Part shown: positions 18,001 to 26,974 of the stretch, piece by piece
Layout: each line of letters starts with the position of its first letter
How positions within the stretch are numbered: the stretch's first letter is position 1
From: an uncultured bacterium
GTDB taxonomy: Bacteria; Krumholzibacteriota; Krumholzibacteriia; Krumholzibacteriales; Krumholzibacteriaceae
Assembly: GCA_965371515.1 (NCBI GenBank)
Contig: CBDUYR010000012.1
Span: 1 to 63,008 of the forward strand
DNA: 63,008 nucleotides
Direction of reading: 5' to 3'
Made by a program: the position numbers and the translations under genes
Notes under the pieces: model-generated
Database searches by the model: none
What the model was told of the DNA's origin: nothing
Seen by the model: the letters and a program-made list of their open reading frames with translations, nothing else

Positions 18001-18663
18001 AGCGTCTGGGCCCTCGGAGGCGACGGCTGGGCGTACGACATCGGCTTCGGAGGTCTTGATCACTCGCTCGCGCTGGGGCGCAACCTCAACGTGCTCGTGC
18101 TGGACACCGAGACCTACTCGAACACAGGTGGCCAGATGTCGAAGGCGACTCCGATGGGCGCGGTAGCGAAGTTCGCCGCCGCCGGTAAGCAGACGCCGAA
18201 GAAGGACCTCGCGATGATGATGATGTCGTACGGATACGTCTATGTAGCGAGGATAGCGTTTGGTGCCAACGAGAGCCAGACGATCAAGGCTTTCCTCGAG
18301 GCCGAGGCGTACGACGGTCCTTCGATCATCATCGCCTACTCGCCCTGCATCGGGCACGGGATCAACATGGCTCGCGGCCTCGACCAGCAGATGCTGGCCG
18401 TCAAGTCGGGATACTGGCCGCTGGTGAGGTACAACCCGGAGCTGCGCAAGGAAGGCAAGAACCCGCTGCAGCTCGATTCGAAAGCCCCGAGCATCCCGCT
18501 CGAGGATTACATCTACAACGAGAACCGCTACCTCGCCGTCAGGGCGAGGGACCCGGAGATGGCAGCAGATCTTCTTGTGAGGGCGCAGGCCGATGTGAAC
18601 CGCCGCTGGAAGCTATACGAGCACTGGGCCGCGATGCCAGGGCCGGGCGACGATTCGCAGTAA
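15094..18663 (+). CDS. nifJ: Homodimeric pyruvate:ferredoxin/flavodoxin oxidoreductase
   Basis: IYPITPSS, MQSEGGAA, GLGSDGTVGANKN, two CxxCxxCxxxCP clusters, FSGACAGCGE, GGDGWAYDIG. Confidence 0.97.
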   Translation: MSKKMVTIDGNEATTYSAHKLNEVCAIYPITPSSTMGEFADKWSADGRTNIWGTIPSVTEMQSEGGAAAAVHGALQRGSLTTTFTASQGLLLMIPSMYKIAGELTPTVFHVSARALATHALSIFGDHSDVMSVRMTGFALLSSASVQEAMDMATIAQMATLESRVPFIHFFEGFRISHEVNKVELIEDDQFRKLIDEDLVRAHRERAMNPDKPILRGTAQNPDTFFQARETINPFYNACAGIVIEAMKKFEKVVGRKYEIFQYYGAPDAERVIIIMGSGAETVQETVDHLLAGGEKIGVLKVRLYRPFDVEHFINALPETVKKISVLDRTKEPGAIGEPLYQDVVTAFVEKADMTNSRFGGVPAVTGGRYGLSSKEFTPGMVMGIFDNMSAAEPKNHFTIGIEDDVTHTSLDYDKEFIIKHPNQTRAVFFGLGSDGTVGANKNSIKIIGEGTDNYAQGYFVYDSKKAGSVTESHLRFGPDEIHSPYLIAKADFVACHLFPFMERIDVLKYASEGATFLLNSPYPADETWDKLTYEVQKTIVEKKLKFVVIDAYTIATELGLGARINTIMQTGFFILGGVLPKEEAIAAIKTSIKKTYGRRGEKVVKMNESAVDATEENLHEIKVPAEATSELHMIPPVPVDAPEYVRDVIGRQIARDGNEIPVSAFEPDGSFPTGTTKWEKRNIALEIPVWDPDICIQCGKCVLTCPHAVVRAKVYEPDQLEGAPETFKSVDAIAKEFKGKKFTIQIAPEDCTGCTLCFQICPAKNKEEEGKKALNMHLQPPLRETEKENWEFFLDIPYIDRSEIKPNATRTVQFLEPLFEFSGACAGCGETPYVKLLSQLYGDRTMIGNATGCSSIYGGNLPATPYTMNKDGRGVTWNNSLFEDAAEFACGMRLGLDKQGEYARELVGRLSGEIGDELAKGILEADMSDEKGIREQRKRVDALREKLSGIDSADAKNLAGLADVLVKKSVWALGGDGWAYDIGFGGLDHSLALGRNLNVLVLDTETYSNTGGQMSKATPMGAVAKFAAAGKQTPKKDLAMMMMSYGYVYVARIAFGANESQTIKAFLEAEAYDGPSIIIAYSPCIGHGINMARGLDQQMLAVKSGYWPLVRYNPELRKEGKNPLQLDSKAPSIPLEDYIYNENRYLAVRARDPEMAADLLVRAQADVNRRWKLYEHWAAMPGPGDDSQ

Positions 18664-18692
18664 CATCCGGAACGGCGGATAATACAAAAAGG

Positions 18693-18720
18693 AAGGGCCG
18701 CGAATATTCGCGGCCCTTTT
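18693..18720. terminator. Bidirectional intrinsic terminator after PFOR
   Basis: Perfect 26-bp palindrome AAGGGCCGCGAATATTCGCGGCCCTT with an A-tract before and a T-tract after. Confidence 0.8.
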
Positions 18721-18859
18721 CATATTCCTTCCCGTTTCCCGTCATTACCTGTGATTTCCCATAATTTCCAATCATTTTTAATTTGCGAACGATTCTTGCC
18801 AGTTTCCGGAGAAACATATTCCAGCCGGTAAAGGCTGGCCGGGGTTCATCCGTTTTTAT

Positions 18860-21800
18860 ATGCGGGTGAGGCGATCGTTGGAGCTTCATGTGCCTGAACT
18901 GAATCGTATGTTACTTATTATGATGTGGTTGCGCAAACTCATACGTTGTACGGATATCATACGACGGAGAGACCGTATATTTACCGCTTTCTGTGCAGGA
19001 TCCGGTCCGGCTGTGATCATTCTGCTTATCCTATCAGCTTTTCCAGTAAATTCCGCCCCACTGCCTGGAGATCCTGATACTTCCGGTGAAGAGAGAAAGA
19101 TGCTGGCACTACCGGGCGACCTGGTAATCGAATCGGTTACATGCGCGTTCGATTCGGTCGCTATCAAGCAGATGGACATACCGGTTACGGTGAGGGTGGT
19201 TAATTCGAGTAATACATCGATCACCGTTGAGCTTCTTCAGTTGATATTCAGCGAAAACAGCACCGGTGACAGGAATTTCGATTACTTTGTAAGCGGAGAC
19301 CTCAATCCGGAGCTGACGATCCCGTCCGGCGGCAGTGCTGATTTCGAGCTGTTTGTTGGAGTCTGGAGAGAAGCTGTCACGGAAAAGAATATCCGTATCG
19401 ATGCATATGCCTTCGGGACAAGATTCGACAACCTTGAGACCGTGTCAGCATCGACATCCTCAGAAACTGTTCTCGACCTGTTCAAGGCCGTGGCGTTTGA
19501 CGGTAACGATGGATCCGTCAACTGGGAGACTAACTGGATCGAGGAGGGTGGAGAAGGCGACGGGCCGGACGAAGGCTTCGTAAGGGTGATTCCTTCCCCG
19601 ATCCCTGAAATGGGGCTTTCCCTGGCGATAAGCGGTACTTCAATCGGTGAAGGTATCGGTGCGAGGAGGGAAGTCGACCTTACCGGAGCTGTTGAAGCGA
19701 GACTTGAATTCAACTGGATAAGGGATCCAGGTACTGGTTTTCTGAACGCTGGTGTTTACGTTCAGATATCCACTGACGGCGTTGCATGGGACGACCTCAT
19801 GCTGATAGAGGACGGATTCGATTCTGCGCCGTATATTTCGTCTTTCGATATCACTCCATATATAAGCCCGAATACACAGATCAGGTTCATCACCGTCGGG
19901 TCTGGAACGGGCAGCATCTACCTCGATAATATTTTTATTGATTATGCCACAGAAGAGGGCGCTCACAACTGGGTCGTTCTCGCTAACGCGCTAACGACGA
20001 TCATCGCGCTTTTCGATACACGCATGACGGTCGACAGGTCGGACGACAGCCTTATGGTCATGCGTGAGGGGGACGTATTCACGCTCGATACCGACTATCA
20101 TGTCGCTTCGGGAGCGCCGTTAGCCGCTATCGAGTTCGAAAACAGCTCCCGTTACAGGCTTGTTATCCAGCTGCATTCGCTTTCCGACTGGGACTGGGCT
20201 CCCAAGAATCAGGGACAGGGATTCCTGTCCCTGATGGATTCCTTGCAGGGGTTTGGGAGACTTTCATCCCCGCAGCCCGGAATCCCTGAACTGCTCCTTA
20301 CCGAGACGGTTATAACCGACGAGGAAGAAGATAACGTCGATTACGTCGTCGGTGCAACACGTTACGCAAATCCTCCGATCCCATGGAACATGTACACCGA
20401 TCCATGGGCCGATCCCGAGGTCGACGGTGGGAAACTCGGTGAATACGGCCAGCTCATCAACGGATACTTTGATCCGCCGCGCTGGCATGTCGACTGCAAG
20501 GACGGCACGAAGGACTGGGAACTGACCGCGAAGTGCGAGAAGGGAAGATATTATTTCCACGAGGTGTGGTTCACACCCGATCTCGATTGGATGCACGGCG
20601 ACTCCGTGGATGTGCATCTGATGATCGAGGGAGAAGCCAGTCATGGTGACATTTCCGGACTGCACGCTCATTTCAGGATGATCGATGATGATATCTCGGG
20701 GCCGATAATAACGGATTTCACTCCCGAGCTGGTGCGCGAAGGAGATATTTTCAGCATTTTCTGCCGTATCAATGATCCGAGCGGTGTTTTTGACGACGGA
20801 AGTGGATCCGGAGGGCAGGGCGTATACCTCATCTGGGATACCGACGGGGATCTCGAAAACGGGCACAACGAGGTCCAGATGTTCCTCGTCATCGATGATG
20901 TCTTCGGCACCGACATAGCCATAGGAGGATTCGCCGAGGGTGAGGAGATCGTCTATGCAATCTACGCATGGGACGATGACGCGGACACAGGCCCGGCTGA
21001 CCGCAGTCTTACAGTCTCAGACAAGCAGCATGTCACCGTTCTGGGAGGGATAGCGATCTTCGATGAACCGTATTCCCTCTGGCCGGATTTCGTCTACCCG
21101 GCGGAAGTGGCCGTTCCCTTCTTCATCGACCTCACAAATCCTACTGCGGGCGGCTTCAGGCTCTGGACATCCTCGTTCATCATGTTCACAGACGGAGCCG
21201 ATACGGTCACCACGTTTCTCAGCAACGAGACCTTGATCGACGCCGGTGTATCCGGATTCCCGGTGAGATTCGACAACGCCGATATACCCCCGACTTTCGC
21301 ATCGCCTGATACCCTGGACATCATCGTATTCATGGAGGGTATCTACGATGGATCCATCGCATACAGCCAGGAATGGACAGCGTCATATACGAATTGTCTG
21401 ATCATCCTGGAGCCGACTGTACACTTCGACGCACATGCGGTTCCATCCACACCCGTCAATCCGGGAGACAGGCTGGTCGAACTTCTCAGGATGGAGGTTG
21501 CCTGCGAATCAGTTACCGATATCATATTAGACAGTCTGACAGTGAGTGATGTGGCAGATGCCGCAGCCAGGAGCGCCGCAGCAAGAAGTCATAACATTGA
21601 AACGCTATATCTTTACCGTCAGGCATCACAGGAAGGGATGTCGAGTATCCTGGACGCGGCGTCAGATATCAGACTCAAGGGTATGCCCGGGGATCTCAGC
21701 GGTGAAACAGGATTTTCGAGCCTGGCCGGGGAACGCGGGATGCTGACTGACAGACCTTTGAGCCCTTCTGACTTACTTGTAGCCACGGTGACCCTGGATG

Positions 21801-24800
21801 ACGGAAGCGCTGTCTTCCGCCTCGAAAGCGGCAGACTGCTGGGTGCGTGGGAATCTACATTTTTCTACGTCGTGGCCGATATAGATTCATTCAATGCGGT
21901 CGACGGGGAACCTCTACACTTCGGTATAGAGTCGCCGGATTCGATCTCTGTAACGGGCAACGCCGCCGTCGCTCTGCTCGACGAGCCCTTCGTGTCTGAA
22001 GGCACGCCGTTGATAGATGGCTTCATGACCTTCCAGGCCTCCTTCGATACCGCTCTTGTCGACACGCTCTATTCCGGCGATGATTACAGTAATATATTGA
22101 TCCTGGACATTCCCTCGAATGGAAACACTCCGGATATCATGTCGGGCCTGAGCGTCGCCAACTACGGTGATGCGGCCGCAGGGAATGCTCTCGAAACGGT
22201 GAGGTTGTGGGCGGACAACGGTGACGGGATCTTTTCCGTCTATTCAGACATCTACGAGGGAATTCTCCAGTATACGGGAGACAGGTTCGAGATAACCGGA
22301 CTGGCTATCCCGGTCGTGGGAAGCAAGCGACTCTTCGTCACCGCAGATATCGGATATGGATTCACCACTCCTCTCGAGTTAAGAACAGGTGTTCCTTTGA
22401 TGGGGATCGAGTACGTTTCCGGGAACGATGGACCCCTGAACGGTCCAATTATCCCCGACTCCTCCCAGGTACTGATAAGAAGAGAATTTATACTTATAGA
22501 AAGCCTGATAGCTTCATCGGAGCTGTCTCCCATCAATCCAGGTGATGCTGACGTCGAGCTGATGGCGATGAAACTGACAAACTATACCCTCGGCCAGGTC
22601 ACGATCGATTCTCTGAGGGTGGGAGGTGCACCCGGACTTTTCAATTGCGAGCCCTTGAAGGAGATCCGTCTGCATCTCGATGACGGAGACGGGATCTTCG
22701 ATGCGGCATCCGATCCGGAGATATCTGTATGCAATTTCAGCATTGGGAGCGGCGTTTTCGAGAGTATCGGTATCACTATCGCTGCCGATGAGCAGGCAGT
22801 CCTGTTCGCTGCGGTCGATCTCGATTCCATGCTCACGCGGGACGGCGATACCATCTCAGTCGGATTAATGTCCGTTGACGATATCTATATTACGGCTGTC
22901 ACGTCCGGATCCTGGGATATCGACGGGATATTCCCGTCGGGCAACTTAAATCCGCGTGTAACGAACGGAATGATCTCCCATCAGCTGACAGTCTTTAATG
23001 GTGCGGATTCGACGATTGCCGGCCGCAGGGAAGATATTCAGGTGCTGGATCTCCTTGTCCCCGGAAACGGCTGCATGAACGACACCCTCAGCGCGATATC
23101 AGTGGTGAATCTCGGTACGGCGGGAGATCTGCATGTAGACCTCATGGTACTCTGGACCGATGACGGAGACGGATTATTCGATCCGGCTTCAGACGATTCG
23201 ATCGCCGTACTCTTACCCACGATTCCACAGACCTACGTCGCTGCCGGCCTGTCGGTACCGCTTGACGGATTATCGGGTACGCGCTTCTTTGCTAGCATGG
23301 ATCTCGTCGACGGATTCAGCAGCGGCGCGACGATTCGGGCCGGGATACCGCAGATGGGAATAGAGGTCCTTTCAGGTAACGACGGTCCGATAGATCGTGG
23401 AGTGTTCGATGAAAACACACTCGTGATACCTGTCCCCGACAGGGTCACGTTCTTCGCGAGCAGCATGGAGAACAAGAGGGTTCATGCCGGCGACGGTGAC
23501 ATCCTCAACATGGTCATAGGCGCCTATAACAGTTATGACGAACCTAAGACCCTCGGGTCGATAGTGCTCCTTCAGGGAGGCACCGCCAGTACTGATGAAA
23601 TATTGCATGTAAGAGCCTGGATCGACACGGATGAGAACGGTCTCTTTGATCCGGGGCTGGATGGACTCCTGACCGAAGTCGAACCCGCCGGTGTTCTCAT
23701 CCCGCTCGATTCTCTTGATTTCGTGATAGATCCGATGCAGAGCAGTATTCTCTTTATAACGTATACGTTACCCTCTTATGGTGTCAGGGATTCAGTCTCG
23801 GTCGATATGAGTATTCCGGACGCCTCCCTGGTCGAATTCGCGGAAAATGAGATCACGGTTGAGGGTGATTTCCCTCTGAACTCCGCGGGTATCGATCTGA
23901 CCGATGGAATGATCGCTGCCCAGATCGACAAACTGAATGTCGAGGATGTGCTGGTGTCGCCCGGTGATACGGACATTCCATCTATCTCCCTGCGAATTCC
24001 CTGCAACGGCAGCGAAAGCGATTCGCTAAAGGACTTTTCAGTAGTGAACTTCGGCACCTGCCTGCCCGGAGTGGATATAAGCAATCTCAGACTCTGGATG
24101 GAATCGGGCGGAACCAGCGAGGCCTTCGACCAGGGCGAAGAGATACTTCTCGATCTTCTCGTCTGGGACGGCAGCAGCTGGAGCAGCATCTCGTGGCTCT
24201 CCGTTCCGATTGACTGCTCGGGCCTGACGCTGCATGTCACCGCAGATTTCGCTGCTTCGGCCGTGGACGGCAGGATTCTGAGGACAGCCGTCCTTGTAAA
24301 CGGCATTGAAGTTTTCTCCGGAAACGACGGACCGATCGATATAGAGGTTGTTTCCGATGCTGAGCTGCTCGTGACGACGATTCCCCTCCTCGTGGCCTTC
24401 GATACGCTTCCCAAAGTTACGCGTGGACAACAGTTTGATATCCTCTTCGGAGTATCTAACGCGTCCGATACGATCCTTACGACTGTAGAGCCGGACAGTT
24501 TCAGCTGGTCGGGCGACGGATCGATCACGCAGATCTCGGGCCCTGTTCCCTCTGATGTCGATCTTCCCGGGAGCGGTTCTTCAACATTCACGTGGTCATT
24601 CACTGCGGATGCTGTCGGAACTGATGTCTTCAGGGCGAGGGCCGTCGAGAGAGGTGGAAGCGCGGTAAGCTGGTTCGAGCTCTCTGATACGCTCGTGATC
24701 GAAGAGATCCCCGATTTCGTCAATGTTACGATGGACGATCTTTCCCCGGTCAGCCTCAACAAGGGGCACAGGGATGCAACTCTCTTCGAGTCGATGCTTA

Positions 24801-26974
24801 TATACGGTTCGTCATGTTCAGATTGCGCCTCTGTAGAGTTTTCCTCGATAAAAGTCTCGTTCATGGATGGCCAGGGATTGCCGGTGCCTGTTTTCTCGAT
24901 CGCTTCGAGGGTAGTCCTCGAGGATGAGTCTATGGTGATCTTCTCCTGTGATACGGAGGATTCGTCCGGCACAAGCCTGACCATGATCCCTTCTCAGAGT
25001 TTGATACTGCAGCCGGGGGATATGAGGTCGCTTCGTTTTTCCCTCGATGTATCCGACACAGCCTCCGCCGTCGATTTCATGGCAAGGCTCGAGGTTGCGG
25101 GAGACCTGGTATTGACGGATGTTAACAATGACCAGTCAGTCCCGTATGGCGGAACTGTCTTCCCGTGGAGCACAAACACGGTCACCCTGAAGGATCCGGT
25201 AACTGAACTGATCGTCGACCTGATGCCCTCGCTGCCCGCTGCGGTCAACAGGGGCCAGGAGGACGTTGAGGCATTCGACCTTGTCCTTGAGAGCAATGGC
25301 GGACCGTTCGCCTCGGATATAAGCGTATCGTCTATCAGATTTGTCGCGATGGACGGAGGCGGAAGCATTACGCACCCCGGAGATTTCCTGAGAAAACTGC
25401 GATTGGAAGACGATCTGGGCTTCGGGTATTTCACTATCGAGACTTTTCCATATCCGGACGGAATACTCTGCGAGTTCCAGCCCGAGCTGAAGGTCTCTCC
25501 TGGCATGCCCGTGACCCTGAGTGCCGTGATCGATTGTCTCGACGAACCGGTGGTGACCGGATTCGCTCTCGCCCTGGTCGATTCGCTGGACGTTATGGCC
25601 CGGGATTTCAATTCGGGCAATCCTGTTGATATTCTGACGGGTGCCTCACAGGACAGTTTCCCGATGACAACGGACCCCGCTTTCTTCGTCGATCCCCTCA
25701 GCGGATTCGCGGCGTCGGGCAGCGGAGTGCTTCCGGCGAACATGATAGCCGGCATGGTGGATATAGGCGTGATCGATTTTTCTCTCCAGCATACCGGGTC
25801 AGCCGGCGAATCTGCAGCTATAGTCTCATCTATAACGATACGCTTTCTGGACCAGACCGGAACAGGTCTGTCCCCGGGAGACCGTATCGATGTCTTCAGG
25901 GTCGTGGCATCTGACACCACGACCGGAGAAGTATTTATTTCGACTGGGGATACCCTCTCATCCATCGACATAGTCTTCGCACAGCCTATAACAATCGATT
26001 CGGCGCATTCAGTCGATTTTGAACTGAGATGCGATCTTTCGGCGAATGCTTCTCCGGGGATCTTCCAGGTAATGATCGGTGCGGCAGGTTTCGATGTCAG
26101 TGACGCGACAGACAGCCGGTCCTTCACAGGGATAGCCGGTGAGTTCCCGATAACGAGCGGTCCCGGCGAGGTCATTCTGCCGGCCGAGAGCGTTGGTTTC
26201 TCCGCTACACCGATGCTTGCTGCAAACTCTGCTACGGGCGACGAAGTGCAGATATTCGACGCGCATTTTGAATTCAGCGGAACAGCGGGAGGCTCTGAGG
26301 TCCTTGTCGAGAGCATCAGATTTGAGATCCTCGATGACAGAGGGGCTGTCACCGATCCCGCATTTCTCGTGGAATCGGTGAGATTCGAAAACGGGAGTGG
26401 AGAACTCCCTGTGGATGTCGAAATGGATATTGCCAGTATAACGGTCAATATAGATGACCCTCCGGCCGTCTCAGAGAGTGAATCCCTGGAATTCTCGATA
26501 TTCTTCGGACTGCTACGCGAAGCGGAATCCAGCGCATTCTCTGTAAGGATCACTGATCCGATGGATATCTCCTGCAGGGATGCTGTGATTGGCGGTACGG
26601 TAACAGCGGAAGCGGCAGGTGAGAGTACCTTCCCGTTCGTCACGTCGAGGACGGCTCTTCTCGTGGCAGCCACCGCCGAATCGTTCTCGAACTATCCTAA
26701 TCCTTTTGTTCCCGGAAGGCAGCCGACCACTGTCACCTTCTATCTGCCGGAACCCGCAACTGTCTCACTGGAAATATATACGATATTCGGCAGACTCGTC
26801 ACGAGTCTGCTTGGCGGCAGAAAGCTGGACGCCGGTCTTCACCAGGATATCATCTGGGATGGCTGTAACGGTAATGGCGATCCAGCGATCAACGGAGTCT
26901 ACCTTCTCGTACTGACTACGAACAGCGGCAGCGGCGAAAAAGTATTCAGGAGAAAGGTCTCACTCGTCCGATGA
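18860..26974 (+). CDS. Giant (~2,700 aa) acidic secreted/surface repeat protein with a C-terminal FlgD-Ig/T9SS-like sorting domain
   Basis: Single ORF; hydrophobic signal-like segment VIILLILSAFPVNSA (true start uncertain, ATGs at 18908-18923); repeated DxxGDGxFD and GIExxSGNDGP motifs; C-terminus NYPNPF...IYTIFGRLV...WDG...GVY. Confidence 0.85.
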   Translation: MRVRRSLELHVPELNRMLLIMMWLRKLIRCTDIIRRRDRIFTAFCAGSGPAVIILLILSAFPVNSAPLPGDPDTSGEERKMLALPGDLVIESVTCAFDSVAIKQMDIPVTVRVVNSSNTSITVELLQLIFSENSTGDRNFDYFVSGDLNPELTIPSGGSADFELFVGVWREAVTEKNIRIDAYAFGTRFDNLETVSASTSSETVLDLFKAVAFDGNDGSVNWETNWIEEGGEGDGPDEGFVRVIPSPIPEMGLSLAISGTSIGEGIGARREVDLTGAVEARLEFNWIRDPGTGFLNAGVYVQISTDGVAWDDLMLIEDGFDSAPYISSFDITPYISPNTQIRFITVGSGTGSIYLDNIFIDYATEEGAHNWVVLANALTTIIALFDTRMTVDRSDDSLMVMREGDVFTLDTDYHVASGAPLAAIEFENSSRYRLVIQLHSLSDWDWAPKNQGQGFLSLMDSLQGFGRLSSPQPGIPELLLTETVITDEEEDNVDYVVGATRYANPPIPWNMYTDPWADPEVDGGKLGEYGQLINGYFDPPRWHVDCKDGTKDWELTAKCEKGRYYFHEVWFTPDLDWMHGDSVDVHLMIEGEASHGDISGLHAHFRMIDDDISGPIITDFTPELVREGDIFSIFCRINDPSGVFDDGSGSGGQGVYLIWDTDGDLENGHNEVQMFLVIDDVFGTDIAIGGFAEGEEIVYAIYAWDDDADTGPADRSLTVSDKQHVTVLGGIAIFDEPYSLWPDFVYPAEVAVPFFIDLTNPTAGGFRLWTSSFIMFTDGADTVTTFLSNETLIDAGVSGFPVRFDNADIPPTFASPDTLDIIVFMEGIYDGSIAYSQEWTASYTNCLIILEPTVHFDAHAVPSTPVNPGDRLVELLRMEVACESVTDIILDSLTVSDVADAAARSAAARSHNIETLYLYRQASQEGMSSILDAASDIRLKGMPGDLSGETGFSSLAGERGMLTDRPLSPSDLLVATVTLDDGSAVFRLESGRLLGAWESTFFYVVADIDSFNAVDGEPLHFGIESPDSISVTGNAAVALLDEPFVSEGTPLIDGFMTFQASFDTALVDTLYSGDDYSNILILDIPSNGNTPDIMSGLSVANYGDAAAGNALETVRLWADNGDGIFSVYSDIYEGILQYTGDRFEITGLAIPVVGSKRLFVTADIGYGFTTPLELRTGVPLMGIEYVSGNDGPLNGPIIPDSSQVLIRREFILIESLIASSELSPINPGDADVELMAMKLTNYTLGQVTIDSLRVGGAPGLFNCEPLKEIRLHLDDGDGIFDAASDPEISVCNFSIGSGVFESIGITIAADEQAVLFAAVDLDSMLTRDGDTISVGLMSVDDIYITAVTSGSWDIDGIFPSGNLNPRVTNGMISHQLTVFNGADSTIAGRREDIQVLDLLVPGNGCMNDTLSAISVVNLGTAGDLHVDLMVLWTDDGDGLFDPASDDSIAVLLPTIPQTYVAAGLSVPLDGLSGTRFFASMDLVDGFSSGATIRAGIPQMGIEVLSGNDGPIDRGVFDENTLVIPVPDRVTFFASSMENKRVHAGDGDILNMVIGAYNSYDEPKTLGSIVLLQGGTASTDEILHVRAWIDTDENGLFDPGLDGLLTEVEPAGVLIPLDSLDFVIDPMQSSILFITYTLPSYGVRDSVSVDMSIPDASLVEFAENEITVEGDFPLNSAGIDLTDGMIAAQIDKLNVEDVLVSPGDTDIPSISLRIPCNGSESDSLKDFSVVNFGTCLPGVDISNLRLWMESGGTSEAFDQGEEILLDLLVWDGSSWSSISWLSVPIDCSGLTLHVTADFAASAVDGRILRTAVLVNGIEVFSGNDGPIDIEVVSDAELLVTTIPLLVAFDTLPKVTRGQQFDILFGVSNASDTILTTVEPDSFSWSGDGSITQISGPVPSDVDLPGSGSSTFTWSFTADAVGTDVFRARAVERGGSAVSWFELSDTLVIEEIPDFVNVTMDDLSPVSLNKGHRDATLFESMLIYGSSCSDCASVEFSSIKVSFMDGQGLPVPVFSIASRVVLEDESMVIFSCDTEDSSGTSLTMIPSQSLILQPGDMRSLRFSLDVSDTASAVDFMARLEVAGDLVLTDVNNDQSVPYGGTVFPWSTNTVTLKDPVTELIVDLMPSLPAAVNRGQEDVEAFDLVLESNGGPFASDISVSSIRFVAMDGGGSITHPGDFLRKLRLEDDLGFGYFTIETFPYPDGILCEFQPELKVSPGMPVTLSAVIDCLDEPVVTGFALALVDSLDVMARDFNSGNPVDILTGASQDSFPMTTDPAFFVDPLSGFAASGSGVLPANMIAGMVDIGVIDFSLQHTGSAGESAAIVSSITIRFLDQTGTGLSPGDRIDVFRVVASDTTTGEVFISTGDTLSSIDIVFAQPITIDSAHSVDFELRCDLSANASPGIFQVMIGAAGFDVSDATDSRSFTGIAGEFPITSGPGEVILPAESVGFSATPMLAANSATGDEVQIFDAHFEFSGTAGGSEVLVESIRFEILDDRGAVTDPAFLVESVRFENGSGELPVDVEMDIASITVNIDDPPAVSESESLEFSIFFGLLREAESSAFSVRITDPMDISCRDAVIGGTVTAEAAGESTFPFVTSRTALLVAATAESFSNYPNPFVPGRQPTTVTFYLPEPATVSLEIYTIFGRLVTSLLGGRKLDAGLHQDIIWDGCNGNGDPAINGVYLLVLTTNSGSGEKVFRRKVSLVR

